Below are positions 47,876-56,177 of a stretch of 60,738 bases of DNA, piece after piece. Below the pieces are notes generated by a model that saw only the letters and a program-made list of their open reading frames with translations, was not told the DNA's origin and searched no databases. Position 1 is the stretch's first letter; every line of letters begins with the position of its first letter. Position numbers and translations under genes: made by a program. The DNA is from an uncultured Gammaproteobacteria bacterium (lineage in GTDB: Bacteria > Pseudomonadota > Gammaproteobacteria > JAGOUU01): NCBI GenBank assembly GCA_964353115.1, contig CAYGUI010000002.1:1-60738 (forward strand). Direction: 5' to 3'.

Positions 47876-49468
47876 ATGGACGCTAAAAGATTTAGACAAT
47901 TAATAAAAATAATTAGCACAGTAGCGATAGCTTATAGCAGCAGTGTTTTTGCTGTTGATTTAGGTGAGTTACAAATAGCTTCAAAGCAAAACAATCCTTT
48001 AATAGCTCGTATCGAATTACATAACCCTGAAAATTATAATTTATCTAATTTTAAAGCACGTATAGCATCTGCTGATGAATATAGCAGAATAGGCTTAGAT
48101 CGCCCTAAAGAAGTTAATAAGCTAAATGTGTCAGTTAAAAGAGTTGATAATAAAAATTATTTAGAAATTAGTAGTAAAAAAGCAATTACTCGTGAAAAAA
48201 CTAACTTATTAATAGATCTTTACTGGGGTGATGGAGAGTTACTACGAGAATATGATCTAAACTTTGCGCGTGCAGAAGAGCCAGCAGTTATAGAAGTTCA
48301 GCCTTTAACAGCTCCAATAGAATTATCAAAGCCTAATAATAATTCTGAGCAGCCACAAGCAATAAATGTTGCAGCAGGTGATAATCTATGGAAAATAGTT
48401 CATGGTTATCATAAGACTTATAAAGTCAGTATGCAGCAAATTATGATGGCGGTTTATCGCGCTAATCCAGAAGCTTTTTATAATAATAATATTAATAATC
48501 TTAAGAAAGGCGCCCGGTTGGTTATTCCATCTCGTGAGCAAATAATTAAAGTTGCTCATAATGATGCTACTCAACAAGTAGCTTTACATAATAATGACTG
48601 GAAAAATTCCTCAGGGGTTCAAGGATCTGCATTTATTGCAAAACAAGAATCAAAAGAAATTACTAAAACAGCCACAAAACCAGCAGCAAAACTTGCTGTA
48701 GTTGCCAAGTCTAAGCCACAAGAAAAAATAGTAGAGCAGCCTAAACTAAAAGTATTAGTTGCCGATTCTTTAACAAAACAAGATTTAGAAAAAGATAAAC
48801 AAGCGCTAAATGACATGCTGCAAAAACAAAGTGGTCATGCGTTATTAAATAGTCTAAGTGTTGCGACTGAAGCAACTGATACTCAGTTGCGTGCTAATGA
48901 AGAGTTAAAAGATCAAATTAGTGAATTAAAAGCACAGCGTGAATCTTTATCAAAATTAGTACAGTTAAAAGAAATAGCAATAACTAAGTATCAGGCATTA
49001 CATCAAAAAGATTCAGGCTCTGCTCCTGTACCAGTTATTAAAGAAAATTTAGCTCAGACTGCAAAAGTTGATGAGTACAACGAGCAAGAGCATAAAAAAG
49101 AAATTATAGAAATTTTATCCTCAGTAGCTGTATTAGCTGGAGGTATACTTGTAGCTCGTCGTTATCGTAAAAAATCAGAAAATGATTTTGATGATATTGA
49201 AAATAATCCTGATGAAGAAGTGGATGGCGATATTATTGAAAGTTTTATGAAAAATTATGATGTTAATAATATTCAAGAAGATGACGGTATCGATTATGAT
49301 GATGTCGATTCAAGATTAAAAATTGCCAAAACTTACGTTGAAATTAAAGATCCTGATTCAGCTCGTGATATGCTAAAAGACATTATAGAGACTTATGGTG
49401 ACAAGGTCGGAAGTACTAGAGAATTTATAGATGTTAAAAAAATAATAGAAAATTATGATAAAAAATAA
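47876..49468 (+). CDS. fimV: FimV-like LysM peptidoglycan-binding protein
   Basis: LysM-like AAGDNLWKIV...YRANPEAFYNNNINNLKKGARLVIPS, a single TM near the C-terminus and an acidic C-terminal TPR-like motif. Located between asd and truA as in Pseudomonas. Confidence 0.8.
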   Translation: MDAKRFRQLIKIISTVAIAYSSSVFAVDLGELQIASKQNNPLIARIELHNPENYNLSNFKARIASADEYSRIGLDRPKEVNKLNVSVKRVDNKNYLEISSKKAITREKTNLLIDLYWGDGELLREYDLNFARAEEPAVIEVQPLTAPIELSKPNNNSEQPQAINVAAGDNLWKIVHGYHKTYKVSMQQIMMAVYRANPEAFYNNNINNLKKGARLVIPSREQIIKVAHNDATQQVALHNNDWKNSSGVQGSAFIAKQESKEITKTATKPAAKLAVVAKSKPQEKIVEQPKLKVLVADSLTKQDLEKDKQALNDMLQKQSGHALLNSLSVATEATDTQLRANEELKDQISELKAQRESLSKLVQLKEIAITKYQALHQKDSGSAPVPVIKENLAQTAKVDEYNEQEHKKEIIEILSSVAVLAGGILVARRYRKKSENDFDDIENNPDEEVDGDIIESFMKNYDVNNIQEDDGIDYDDVDSRLKIAKTYVEIKDPDSARDMLKDIIETYGDKVGSTREFIDVKKIIENYDKK

Positions 49469-49814
49469 ATTAGTAAAACTTAGTTTATTAGCTTTTATGG
49501 CTAATATATTATCTAGTTGTACTTATGAAGTTTATGAAGATCCGTATTGGTCACCGCCGCCACCTGATCCTTACTATGAATGTCATGGTTATGGTTGTGA
49601 GCGTGATAGACATCATCATTATCGTCGACACAGACGTCATCGTGAGCCAGTTCCAAATGGTGGAATTCCTGCTCCGCCGCCGAAACCACAACCGTTAAAG
49701 CCAGATGGCCGAAATGCTGGTAGTGCAGGTCCAGGATGGACTGCGCCAACACAGCCTAGTGGCTCAGGTGGCGCTGGTTGGGAGCCTCCTAAAGAGGAAG
49801 GTTTGGCGAAGTAG
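49455..49814 (+). CDS. hypothetical Pro/His/Arg-rich lipoprotein
   Basis: Lipobox ILSSC and a low-complexity, GC-richer C-terminal half. Overlaps the fimV stop by 14 nt. Confidence 0.45.
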   Translation: MIKNKLVKLSLLAFMANILSSCTYEVYEDPYWSPPPPDPYYECHGYGCERDRHHHYRRHRRHREPVPNGGIPAPPPKPQPLKPDGRNAGSAGPGWTAPTQPSGSGGAGWEPPKEEGLAK

Positions 49815-49831
49815 ATCGCTAATTTTTGTAT

Positions 49832-49960
49832 CTCCCGGCGCTGACGCGCCTTGGTGAGAAAAACCCCCGGCGCTGACGCGCCGACCCCCTTTAATAAGGG
49901 GGTTATATTCTCCCCTTTTGTAAAGGGGAGATGTCGGCGTTAGCCGACAGAGGGGTTTTT
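49832..49960. repeat. GC-rich mosaic hairpin repeat; 49853-49960 is the left copy of the direct repeat flanking the TA cassette
   Basis: GGTGAGAAAAACCCCCGGCGCTGACGCGCCGACCCCCTTTAATAAGGGGGTTATATTCTCCCCTTTTGTAAAGGGGAGATGTCGGCGTTAGCCGACAGAGGGGTTTTT. Confidence 0.95.
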
Positions 49961-49989
49961 AATCAAAAGTTTCTTAAGGTTGCATAAAG

Positions 49990-50018
49990 TTGCATAAGGT
50001 TTCATATTTCACTATAAT
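49990..50018 (+). promoter_or_regulatory. sigma70-type promoter of the TA operon (TTGCAT-17 nt-TATAAT) overlapping a direct repeat GTTGCATAA x2
   Basis: -35 at 49990-49995, a 17-nt spacer and -10 at 50013-50018, 36 nt upstream of the antitoxin ATG. GTTGCATAA occurs at 49979 and 49989. Confidence 0.6.
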
Positions 50019-50054
50019 AAAAATATAATTTTTAATATATCAAAGGTGTGAAAT

Positions 50055-50273
50055 ATGCCAAAAGCAGTTAAATTATCAAGCAATATAGTTGATGATGCGC
50101 GTGTAATTTCCAAAGCTATGCACCGTTCTGTTGCGGGACAAATTGAGCATTGGGCTAAAATTGGTAAAATTGCTGAAGAAAATCCAGAGATGAATTACGC
50201 CTTTATTAAAGATTTATTGATTGCTCAGCAAGAATCAAAAGATAATTCATTAACTCGATACGAATTTGATTAA
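50055..50273 (+). CDS. type II antitoxin, ParD-like family
   Basis: 72 aa. RSVAGQIEHWAKIGKIAEENP resembles the ParD_like (PF11903) core. Sits 2 nt upstream of a RelE/ParE-fold ORF. Confidence 0.7.
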   Translation: MPKAVKLSSNIVDDARVISKAMHRSVAGQIEHWAKIGKIAEENPEMNYAFIKDLLIAQQESKDNSLTRYEFD

Positions 50274-50275
50274 AA

Positions 50276-50557
50276 ATGGATATTTTTCAAACTACTACTT
50301 TCAGTAAGCAGGTAAAAAGAATCCATAAAAATGAAAAAAAAGAATTAAATTCGGCAGTTAAAAAAATAATAGAAGAGCCAAATATCGGGGAAGCAAAAAA
50401 AGGCGATTTATCTGGAGTGCGTGTTTATAAGTTTAAGATGGTAAAGCAATTAACCCTTTTGGCTTATGAGTATAGAGAAAAAGAAAGCCAGATAATATTG
50501 TTATCGTTTGGTGCTCATGAAAATTTTTATAGGGATTTAAAAAATACTAAACATTAA
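50276..50557 (+). CDS. type II toxin, RelE/ParE superfamily
   Basis: 93 aa, with a pattern typical of RelE/ParE-fold toxins (LSGVRVYKFKM..., ILLSFGAHENFY). Tightly coupled to the upstream antitoxin. Confidence 0.7.
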   Translation: MDIFQTTTFSKQVKRIHKNEKKELNSAVKKIIEEPNIGEAKKGDLSGVRVYKFKMVKQLTLLAYEYREKESQIILLSFGAHENFYRDLKNTKH

Positions 50558-50587
50558 ATAGTGCATTTCTGGCACTAATGCAGCTTC

Positions 50588-50697
50588 GGTGAGAAAAAAC
50601 CCCCCGGCGCTGACGCGCCGACCCCCTTTAATAAGGGGGTTATATTCTCCCCTTTTGTAAAGGGGAGATGTCGGCGTTAGCCGACAGAGGGGTTTTT
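50588..50697. repeat. right copy of the direct repeat flanking the TA cassette
   Basis: Identical to 49853-49960 except for A5C5 versus A6C6 and T5 versus T6 homopolymer lengths. Confidence 0.95.
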
Positions 50698-50732
50698 TAC
50701 ACTAGCCCCATATTTTATTGTAAAATATCTCT

Positions 50733-51488
50733 ATGAAGTATAAGTATGTCTTACAACTAGAATATCTTGGTACCAATTACTGCGGTTGGCAAAAACAAAA
50801 GCACCAAACTAATTCCGTTCAAGAAGAAGTAGAAAAAGCTTTATCCACTGTTTTTGCTGAAGAAATCAACACCATTTGCGCTGGTAGAACTGATGCCGGT
50901 GTGCATGCTAAACAGCAATTTGTTGATTTTACAGCAAATAATCATCGTGCATCCCACCAAGTTTTGTTGGGAGTGAATAGTCATTTGCCGAATGATATTC
51001 GAATAAAAGATGTCAAAATAATAGAAAATTTAGAATTTAGTTCACGTTTTAACGCCAAATCTCGCCTCTACAAATACTTTATTCATAATGCCCCTATAGA
51101 CAGCGTTTTTGTTAAAAATCGTGCCTTATGGGCAAAAAAGGCCCTTAATTTAACTAACATGCGAGAGGCTGCAGCTTATCTTATTGGTGAGCATGACTTT
51201 TCTTCTTTTCGTAGTCGTGATTGCCAAGCACATAACCCTGTTAGAAATATGCTGTTAATTGACTTTGAGTTAATTACTGAACATAATGTTGAATTAATTT
51301 GTATAAATATTAAGGCCAATGCCTTTTTACACAATATGGTGCGTAAAATAGTTGGCAGTTTATTATTGGTTGGAGAAGGAAAAAGAGAGCCGGTTTGGCT
51401 AAAAGAGGTTTTAGAGGCACGTGATCGTAGTTTAAGTGGTAATACTGTTGCCCCGTGTGGTCTTTATTTGTGGGAAGTTGAGTATTAA
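50733..51488 (+). CDS. truA: tRNA pseudouridine(38-40) synthase
   Basis: Catalytic AGRTDAGVHA motif, 251 aa. Confidence 0.95.
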   Translation: MKYKYVLQLEYLGTNYCGWQKQKHQTNSVQEEVEKALSTVFAEEINTICAGRTDAGVHAKQQFVDFTANNHRASHQVLLGVNSHLPNDIRIKDVKIIENLEFSSRFNAKSRLYKYFIHNAPIDSVFVKNRALWAKKALNLTNMREAAAYLIGEHDFSSFRSRDCQAHNPVRNMLLIDFELITEHNVELICINIKANAFLHNMVRKIVGSLLLVGEGKREPVWLKEVLEARDRSLSGNTVAPCGLYLWEVEY

Positions 51489-51503
51489 TTTGTTGAGGTG
51501 TTT

Positions 51504-52214
51504 ATGTTTTCATTGGAAAAATTAAATTGTTTTGGTCATTTATCATTGAAAGAAACGTTTAGTGAAAGAAGTTTTATTGATAGGGTTAATGATTGTTTTA
51601 CCATATTTGATGGAAAATGTACTGGTGATACACATGTTAATCAATATGGTATATCTGATTTTGTGATATTTTTCTTAAGTTTGATGCTTCTTCTTTCTAA
51701 TCCATTACTTAATTTGACGGGATTGGGTTTGTTATGTAATACATTAATAGGTTTTATACCATTATCTTTTACCCTATTGGCTGGCTTATCAACTTTATAT
51801 TTAAATATAAGTGACGAAGACAATGACTTTTTTGATAATTTATCACCAAAAGTACGTGAAGTAATAAAAACATTATTAATTCCATTTTATTTACTTGGAA
51901 ATTTTTTAAATACTATTTATCTTAATGCTTATAAATTTGTAAAAAGTTGCTTATCAGTAGCATTAACAATAGCATCTTTGCCAATGGTTTTTGCAGTTCA
52001 TATGGTTGTTAAAATTGTAAATAAGGTATCTTCTTCAAAAGAAGAAGAATTATTATCTGATTCTGATTCTGATTCTGATTTTGATTCTGAGTATTTTTCG
52101 AAAACTGTTGGTAGTAATTCAAGAAGAGTTTTGCGTTCAGCAAGAAGAGAAGCAGTAATACCTCAATCGCTTGAAGGTGGTAAAAGACAAATTAATACGC
52201 TGGAGCCAAGATAG
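51504..52214 (+). CDS. hypothetical membrane protein with an acidic SD-repeat tail
   Basis: ATG 51504 with GAGG 6 nt upstream (the track start is GTG 51498). Several hydrophobic segments, then EEELLSDSDSDSDFDSEY. Confidence 0.55.
   Translation: MFSLEKLNCFGHLSLKETFSERSFIDRVNDCFTIFDGKCTGDTHVNQYGISDFVIFFLSLMLLLSNPLLNLTGLGLLCNTLIGFIPLSFTLLAGLSTLYLNISDEDNDFFDNLSPKVREVIKTLLIPFYLLGNFLNTIYLNAYKFVKSCLSVALTIASLPMVFAVHMVVKIVNKVSSSKEEELLSDSDSDSDFDSEYFSKTVGSNSRRVLRSARREAVIPQSLEGGKRQINTLEPR
52056..52091 (+). repeat. hexanucleotide repeat (TCTGAT x4 perfect plus 2 imperfect), in frame
   Basis: Counted directly. Encodes SDSDSDSDFDSE. Confidence 0.9.
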
Positions 52215-52725
52215 CATCGATATTTTCATTATCGCAAAATGCATTAAACTCTTCGCGTAGACTTGCTAAGTGTAAGTCCATCGGAACTTTAAGCAATACT
52301 TTTAGTCGCGCCATTTCAATGCCTTGTAAGCTGACAAATGGCGTAGCTGATACTTCACCGATTGAAATATCTTGATAAGAGCAAAAATTAACAACTTTAT
52401 TTAAAATACCAGGATCATCAACAGTTGTTAAATTTAAGCTATACGGGATAAAGCACTGATCTTCTAATTCGCCTTCTTGCGTACGTTTTATTACTATAGC
52501 AACTTCATCAGTCTTATTTATTTCATTAATTGCTTTTTCTAAGCGGCAAATGGCGTCCCAGCGGCCTGAAGCCAGAATAAAGAAAGCAATATCAGCTCCA
52601 CAGTCGGACATCTGCATTTTATCGACATTACTCTCATAAGTATCTAAAAAGCTTACTAATTTAGATATGGTATTACTTTTTTGAGATGCGATGCCACTGA
52701 TGATAAAAAAGCTCTTATTATTCAT
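52192..52725 (-). CDS. gcvR: glycine cleavage system transcriptional repressor (tandem ACT domains)
   Basis: 177 aa. The ...SGRWDAICRLEKAI... pattern parallels E. coli GcvR (SGSWNAITLIESTL). Lies in the gcvR/dapA neighbourhood as in E. coli. Confidence 0.75.
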   Translation of the reverse strand: MNNKSFFIISGIASQKSNTISKLVSFLDTYESNVDKMQMSDCGADIAFFILASGRWDAICRLEKAINEINKTDEVAIVIKRTQEGELEDQCFIPYSLNLTTVDDPGILNKVVNFCSYQDISIGEVSATPFVSLQGIEMARLKVLLKVPMDLHLASLREEFNAFCDNENIDAILAPAY

Positions 52726-52822
52726 ATAGTTATTATTATAATTTATTGCTTGCTAGAATATTATGAAAAAATATTTTATAGTATTTGCTAATAAAAAACT
52801 ACAAAATTCTTTAATTATTCAC

Positions 52823-53749
52823 ATGACAAACTCTATTTTTAGCTCGCGCACAAATAACTACTTATTATTAATACTTTTATCAATAATCTGGGGTGGACAG
52901 TTTCTAGCCAATGATCTCTCATTGCGCCAGCTATCACCGCTTAGTATTTGCGCAATGCGGACTGTATTGGGATTGCTAACCTTGCAGCTTATTATCTTTT
53001 TTATGAGTATTAAGCCGCAAAATAATCCGAAGAATAGCCCAAAAATGTGGTTATTCTATGCTTTATTGGGCTTATTTGAGATTGTATTGCCAATGTATCT
53101 TATTCCATGGGGGCAGCAGCGAGTGGCAAGTAGCATGGCAGCGGTTTTAATTGCGACTATTCCTATTTTTACTATATTTATAACGGCTTTTATTCCTCGT
53201 GAAAATTTGAATATAAAAGATTGGATTACGGTAATTTTGGGTTTTACAGCTATGATTATTTTATCTGGCATAACTCAAGGTAATATTGGATTTCTAAATG
53301 AATTAGAAGGGGAGTTAGCAGTTCTTGGCGGCTCATTGTGCTTAGCTATATTTATGGTGCTTGCAAAGCTTATTCCAGCAAATGTGTCTCCGTTAATAGC
53401 TACTCGTAATTTTTTGTGGACTTCTTGTTTAATGATTGTGCCGTTTGCAGCGGTATATGACAAATGGTGGTTATTGCCACATCTAAATTCAGATACTACT
53501 TTATCAATGTTGTTTTTGGGAACTCAGTGTACCGGAACGGCATTTGTTATTTTAATGTTTCTTATTGAGCGAGCTGGACCTGTCTTTGCTTCTTTTACTA
53601 ATTACTTAGTGCCATTTACTGGAATTTCACTTGGCGTTGTGTTTTTGCATGAAAAACTGGATAATACTTATCTTTTAGCAATTGGATTAATATTTTTAGG
53701 CTTATTTATTCGTGAGTATAATTTTAAAAATTTAATCAATAAACGATAA
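52823..53749 (+). CDS. DMT-superfamily (EamA) permease
   Basis: About 10 TM segments arranged as two EamA-like halves. ATG 52823 is preferred over the track start 52763. Confidence 0.8.
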   Translation: MTNSIFSSRTNNYLLLILLSIIWGGQFLANDLSLRQLSPLSICAMRTVLGLLTLQLIIFFMSIKPQNNPKNSPKMWLFYALLGLFEIVLPMYLIPWGQQRVASSMAAVLIATIPIFTIFITAFIPRENLNIKDWITVILGFTAMIILSGITQGNIGFLNELEGELAVLGGSLCLAIFMVLAKLIPANVSPLIATRNFLWTSCLMIVPFAAVYDKWWLLPHLNSDTTLSMLFLGTQCTGTAFVILMFLIERAGPVFASFTNYLVPFTGISLGVVFLHEKLDNTYLLAIGLIFLGLFIREYNFKNLINKR

Positions 53750-53757
53750 TATAAAAT

Positions 53758-54657
53758 ATGTTAAAAGGCAGTATAGTAGCATTAGTAACGCCATTTGATG
53801 AAAATGGTAATGTTGATTTTAAAAGTTTAGAGCGATTAGTTGAGTGGCATCTTAAAAACAAAACTGATGGTTTAGTTGTGTTGGGAACCACAGGTGAAAA
53901 TTCTACTTTATCAGCAGAAGAAAAAGAATTTGTTGTAGCTAATGTTATTGCTCAAGTTGAAAATAAAATTCCAGTAATTGTTGGGACTGGAAGTAATTGT
54001 ACAAAAACTACTATTTTACAGACTAGAAAATTTCATAATATGGGTGCTGATGCATGTTTAGTTGTTACGCCATATTATAATAAACCAACCCAAAGCGGTT
54101 TATATAAGCATTATAAATTAGTTAGTGAAACTGGCGCAAAAATTGTTTTATATAATGTTCCAGGAAGAACAGGATGTGATTTATTGCCAGAAACTGTTAA
54201 TCATTTATCAAAAATAGAAAATATAATTGGTATAAAAGAAGCTAGTAGTGATGATAAACGTTTTCAAGCGTTATTGGCTATTGAGAGATCTGCAAAAGAT
54301 TTTTCTATTTTAAGTGGTGATGATGCTGCAACTTATAATTTATTAAAACTAGGTGGTCATGGCACAATTTCTGTTACCGCTAATATGGCGCCAAGAATAA
54401 TGAGTAAAATGGTTGAGGCTGGACTAAATGGAGATTTTAAGACTAGTGAAGTTTGTGATAAATTTTTAGCTGAATGGCATAAATCATTATTTATCGAACC
54501 TAACCCAATTGCTATAAAATGGATTTTGTATAAAATGAAATTAATAACTACTCCATATTTGCGTATGCCGTTAACCACTTTGGATAAAAAATATCACTCA
54601 ATGTTTGAGTTATTGTTAAAAGATTTTTTGGATATAACTAAAAGGGTATTTGCATGA
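53758..54657 (+). CDS. dapA: 4-hydroxy-tetrahydrodipicolinate synthase
   Basis: LGTTGENSTLS and YNVPGRTG motifs, 299 aa. Confidence 0.95.
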   Translation: MLKGSIVALVTPFDENGNVDFKSLERLVEWHLKNKTDGLVVLGTTGENSTLSAEEKEFVVANVIAQVENKIPVIVGTGSNCTKTTILQTRKFHNMGADACLVVTPYYNKPTQSGLYKHYKLVSETGAKIVLYNVPGRTGCDLLPETVNHLSKIENIIGIKEASSDDKRFQALLAIERSAKDFSILSGDDAATYNLLKLGGHGTISVTANMAPRIMSKMVEAGLNGDFKTSEVCDKFLAEWHKSLFIEPNPIAIKWILYKMKLITTPYLRMPLTTLDKKYHSMFELLLKDFLDITKRVFA

Positions 54658-54875
54658 AAATAAAAAGCGTAGTCATTTTATTGAGTTTATTATTAACATC
54701 TTGCTCTAATAAAGAGCCGCAAGAGTATAAAAAGTCGCAACTTGCACCAGTGATTAAAATTCCAAAAAAATTAAAATCTAAAGTTACTCTTGATGATCAA
54801 TATAAAATTCCTTCAAATAAAAATCTTGGTGGAAAAATAGATGTTGATTTAATGCCACCAACGATTAAATCTTAA
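54654..54875 (+). CDS. bamC: minimal BamC-like lipoprotein (73 aa, N-terminal BamD-binding segment only)
   Basis: Lipobox LLTSC and an ATGA overlap with dapA (the E. coli dapA-bamC arrangement). YKIPSNKNLGGKIDVDLMPP resembles E. coli BamC [21 protein letters not shown]. Confidence 0.55.
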   Translation: MKIKSVVILLSLLLTSCSNKEPQEYKKSQLAPVIKIPKKLKSKVTLDDQYKIPSNKNLGGKIDVDLMPPTIKS

Positions 54876-54907
54876 TAGATTATCAGATTAATTTTATCCA
54901 AAAAAAA

Positions 54908-54936
54908 TCCGCCATGATCATAATAATCATGGCGGA
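54908..54936 (-). terminator. rho-independent terminator of the paralog array
   Basis: Perfect 11-bp stem TCCGCCATGAT/ATCATGGCGGA with a 7-nt loop. The A8 on the + strand gives a T-run after the hairpin on the minus strand. Confidence 0.7.
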
Positions 54937-54964
54937 CTGTATAAATCCTAAAAGTAACTAAAGA

Positions 54965-55348
54965 TTAGTTGCTAAAAGAAAATTTAACGTTTTTAGCACA
55001 TTTGGGAGCAGGCACGCGAGAGCTATTTCTAAACTCTACAAATTTACCAACTTTATCATTGCTATTTTCATCAACTATTTCAAGAAATAATTCTGTTGGA
55101 ATACCTGATACCGAGTTATTTACATCAAGTTCTAAATTTGCTTCTCCTCTGATTTTAGTTGTCACAACCAATGCAGGAATTGAGCAATCTTCTTTAACTT
55201 GTATCGAAAAAAACTTAAATTTTTCAAAGTTTGTACGAGTAAAATTTCCGGTCAATGTGCTGCCATCAAAATTTACAGCACTTGCAAAAGAAGATGAGCT
55301 GATTAAAGCGAACATTAGAGCACTGATTTTTAAATATTTTTTTAGCAT
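54965..55348 (-). CDS. small secreted protein, paralog 4 of 4 in transcription order (unknown family)
   Basis: Signal peptide. Conserved LTGNFTRTNFEKFK, a mid-protein Cys and C-terminal FVEFRN...P.P.CAKNVKFSFSN shared with the three upstream paralogs. Confidence 0.75.
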   Translation of the reverse strand: MLKKYLKISALMFALISSSSFASAVNFDGSTLTGNFTRTNFEKFKFFSIQVKEDCSIPALVVTTKIRGEANLELDVNNSVSGIPTELFLEIVDENSNDKVGKFVEFRNSSRVPAPKCAKNVKFSFSN

Positions 55349-55361
55349 TTTTATTTACCTC

Positions 55362-55742
55362 TTAATTTTTAAAGCTAAATTTAGCATTTTTTGCACAGTT
55401 AGGGATAGGTCTTGAGTCATTATTTCTAAACTCTAAAAATCTACCAAATTGATCTTCATTTTCATCAAGTACCTCAAGCAATTCTTGAGTTGAAGCATAA
55501 GGCATAGAATCTTGTTCAATAAATTCTACATCATCTGAGCCCATGAATTTTTCTGTAACTATAGTCAAAGGAACTGAACATTTTTGGCTAATATTTATAG
55601 AGAAAAATTTAAAATTTTCAAAATTTTCACGTGTGAAATTACCTGTTAAGTGTCCAGCATCAAAATTTAAAGTATTTGCAAATACAGATGATCCCGCCAA
55701 GGCAAGAGCAAATAAATTAAGTTTTAATATTTTTTTAAGCAT
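55362..55742 (-). CDS. small secreted protein, paralog 3 of 4 (unknown family)
   Basis: Signal peptide, LTGNFTRENFENFK and FLEFRNNDSRPIPNCAKNAKFSFKN. AGGAGA upstream. Confidence 0.75.
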   Translation of the reverse strand: MLKKILKLNLFALALAGSSVFANTLNFDAGHLTGNFTRENFENFKFFSINISQKCSVPLTIVTEKFMGSDDVEFIEQDSMPYASTQELLEVLDENEDQFGRFLEFRNNDSRPIPNCAKNAKFSFKN

Positions 55743-55764
55743 TTTAATTTCTCCTAAATTATTT

Positions 55765-56151
55765 TTAGTTGCTAAAAGTTCCAGTTATTTTATAAGCACA
55801 TTCAGGAATAGGGTATTTTTCTGAATTTCTAACTTCCTTAAATCCACCAACACCCATAAAAAAGGCTGCTTCTTCTAAGAGTTGCAGCGCATATTTTGTG
55901 TTCATTTCATCATCAATAGGATCAACAGTTACAGTATTAGCTGGTATTTCTTTTTTACCAAGAGTGCCAATTAATCTTACTGGAATTTTGCATTTTTCAG
56001 GATTATGATAATGAACTTTCTTGAAGTGCTTAAAATTACTTTTAGTTAAATTTCCTGTTAATTGAGCAGCAGTAATAGTTAACTCTTCAGAAAATCCAGT
56101 TGCGTTAAATAATGAAAGAGCAAAAATAGCAATATTTATTTTATATTTCAT
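55765..56151 (-). CDS. small secreted protein, paralog 2 of 4 (unknown family, most divergent)
   Basis: Signal peptide, LTGNLTKSNFKHFK and FKEVRNSEKYPIPECAYKITGTFSN. Confidence 0.7.
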   Translation of the reverse strand: MKYKINIAIFALSLFNATGFSEELTITAAQLTGNLTKSNFKHFKKVHYHNPEKCKIPVRLIGTLGKKEIPANTVTVDPIDDEMNTKYALQLLEEAAFFMGVGGFKEVRNSEKYPIPECAYKITGTFSN

Positions 56152-56177
56152 ATAATTCCCTTTATTTTTCTTTTATT

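Noticed and set aside
49513-49752. 79-aa minus-strand ORF antisense to the Pro-rich lipoprotein gene
   Set aside because: It is a shadow ORF in a GC-richer low-complexity region. The plus-strand ORF has a lipobox and is coupled to fimV, although it is itself only moderately supported.
54969-55824. 148-aa and 93-aa plus-strand ORFs antisense to the paralog array
   Set aside because: The minus-strand genes have signal peptides, SD sequences and a conserved family pattern. The plus-strand frames are low-complexity antisense shadows.
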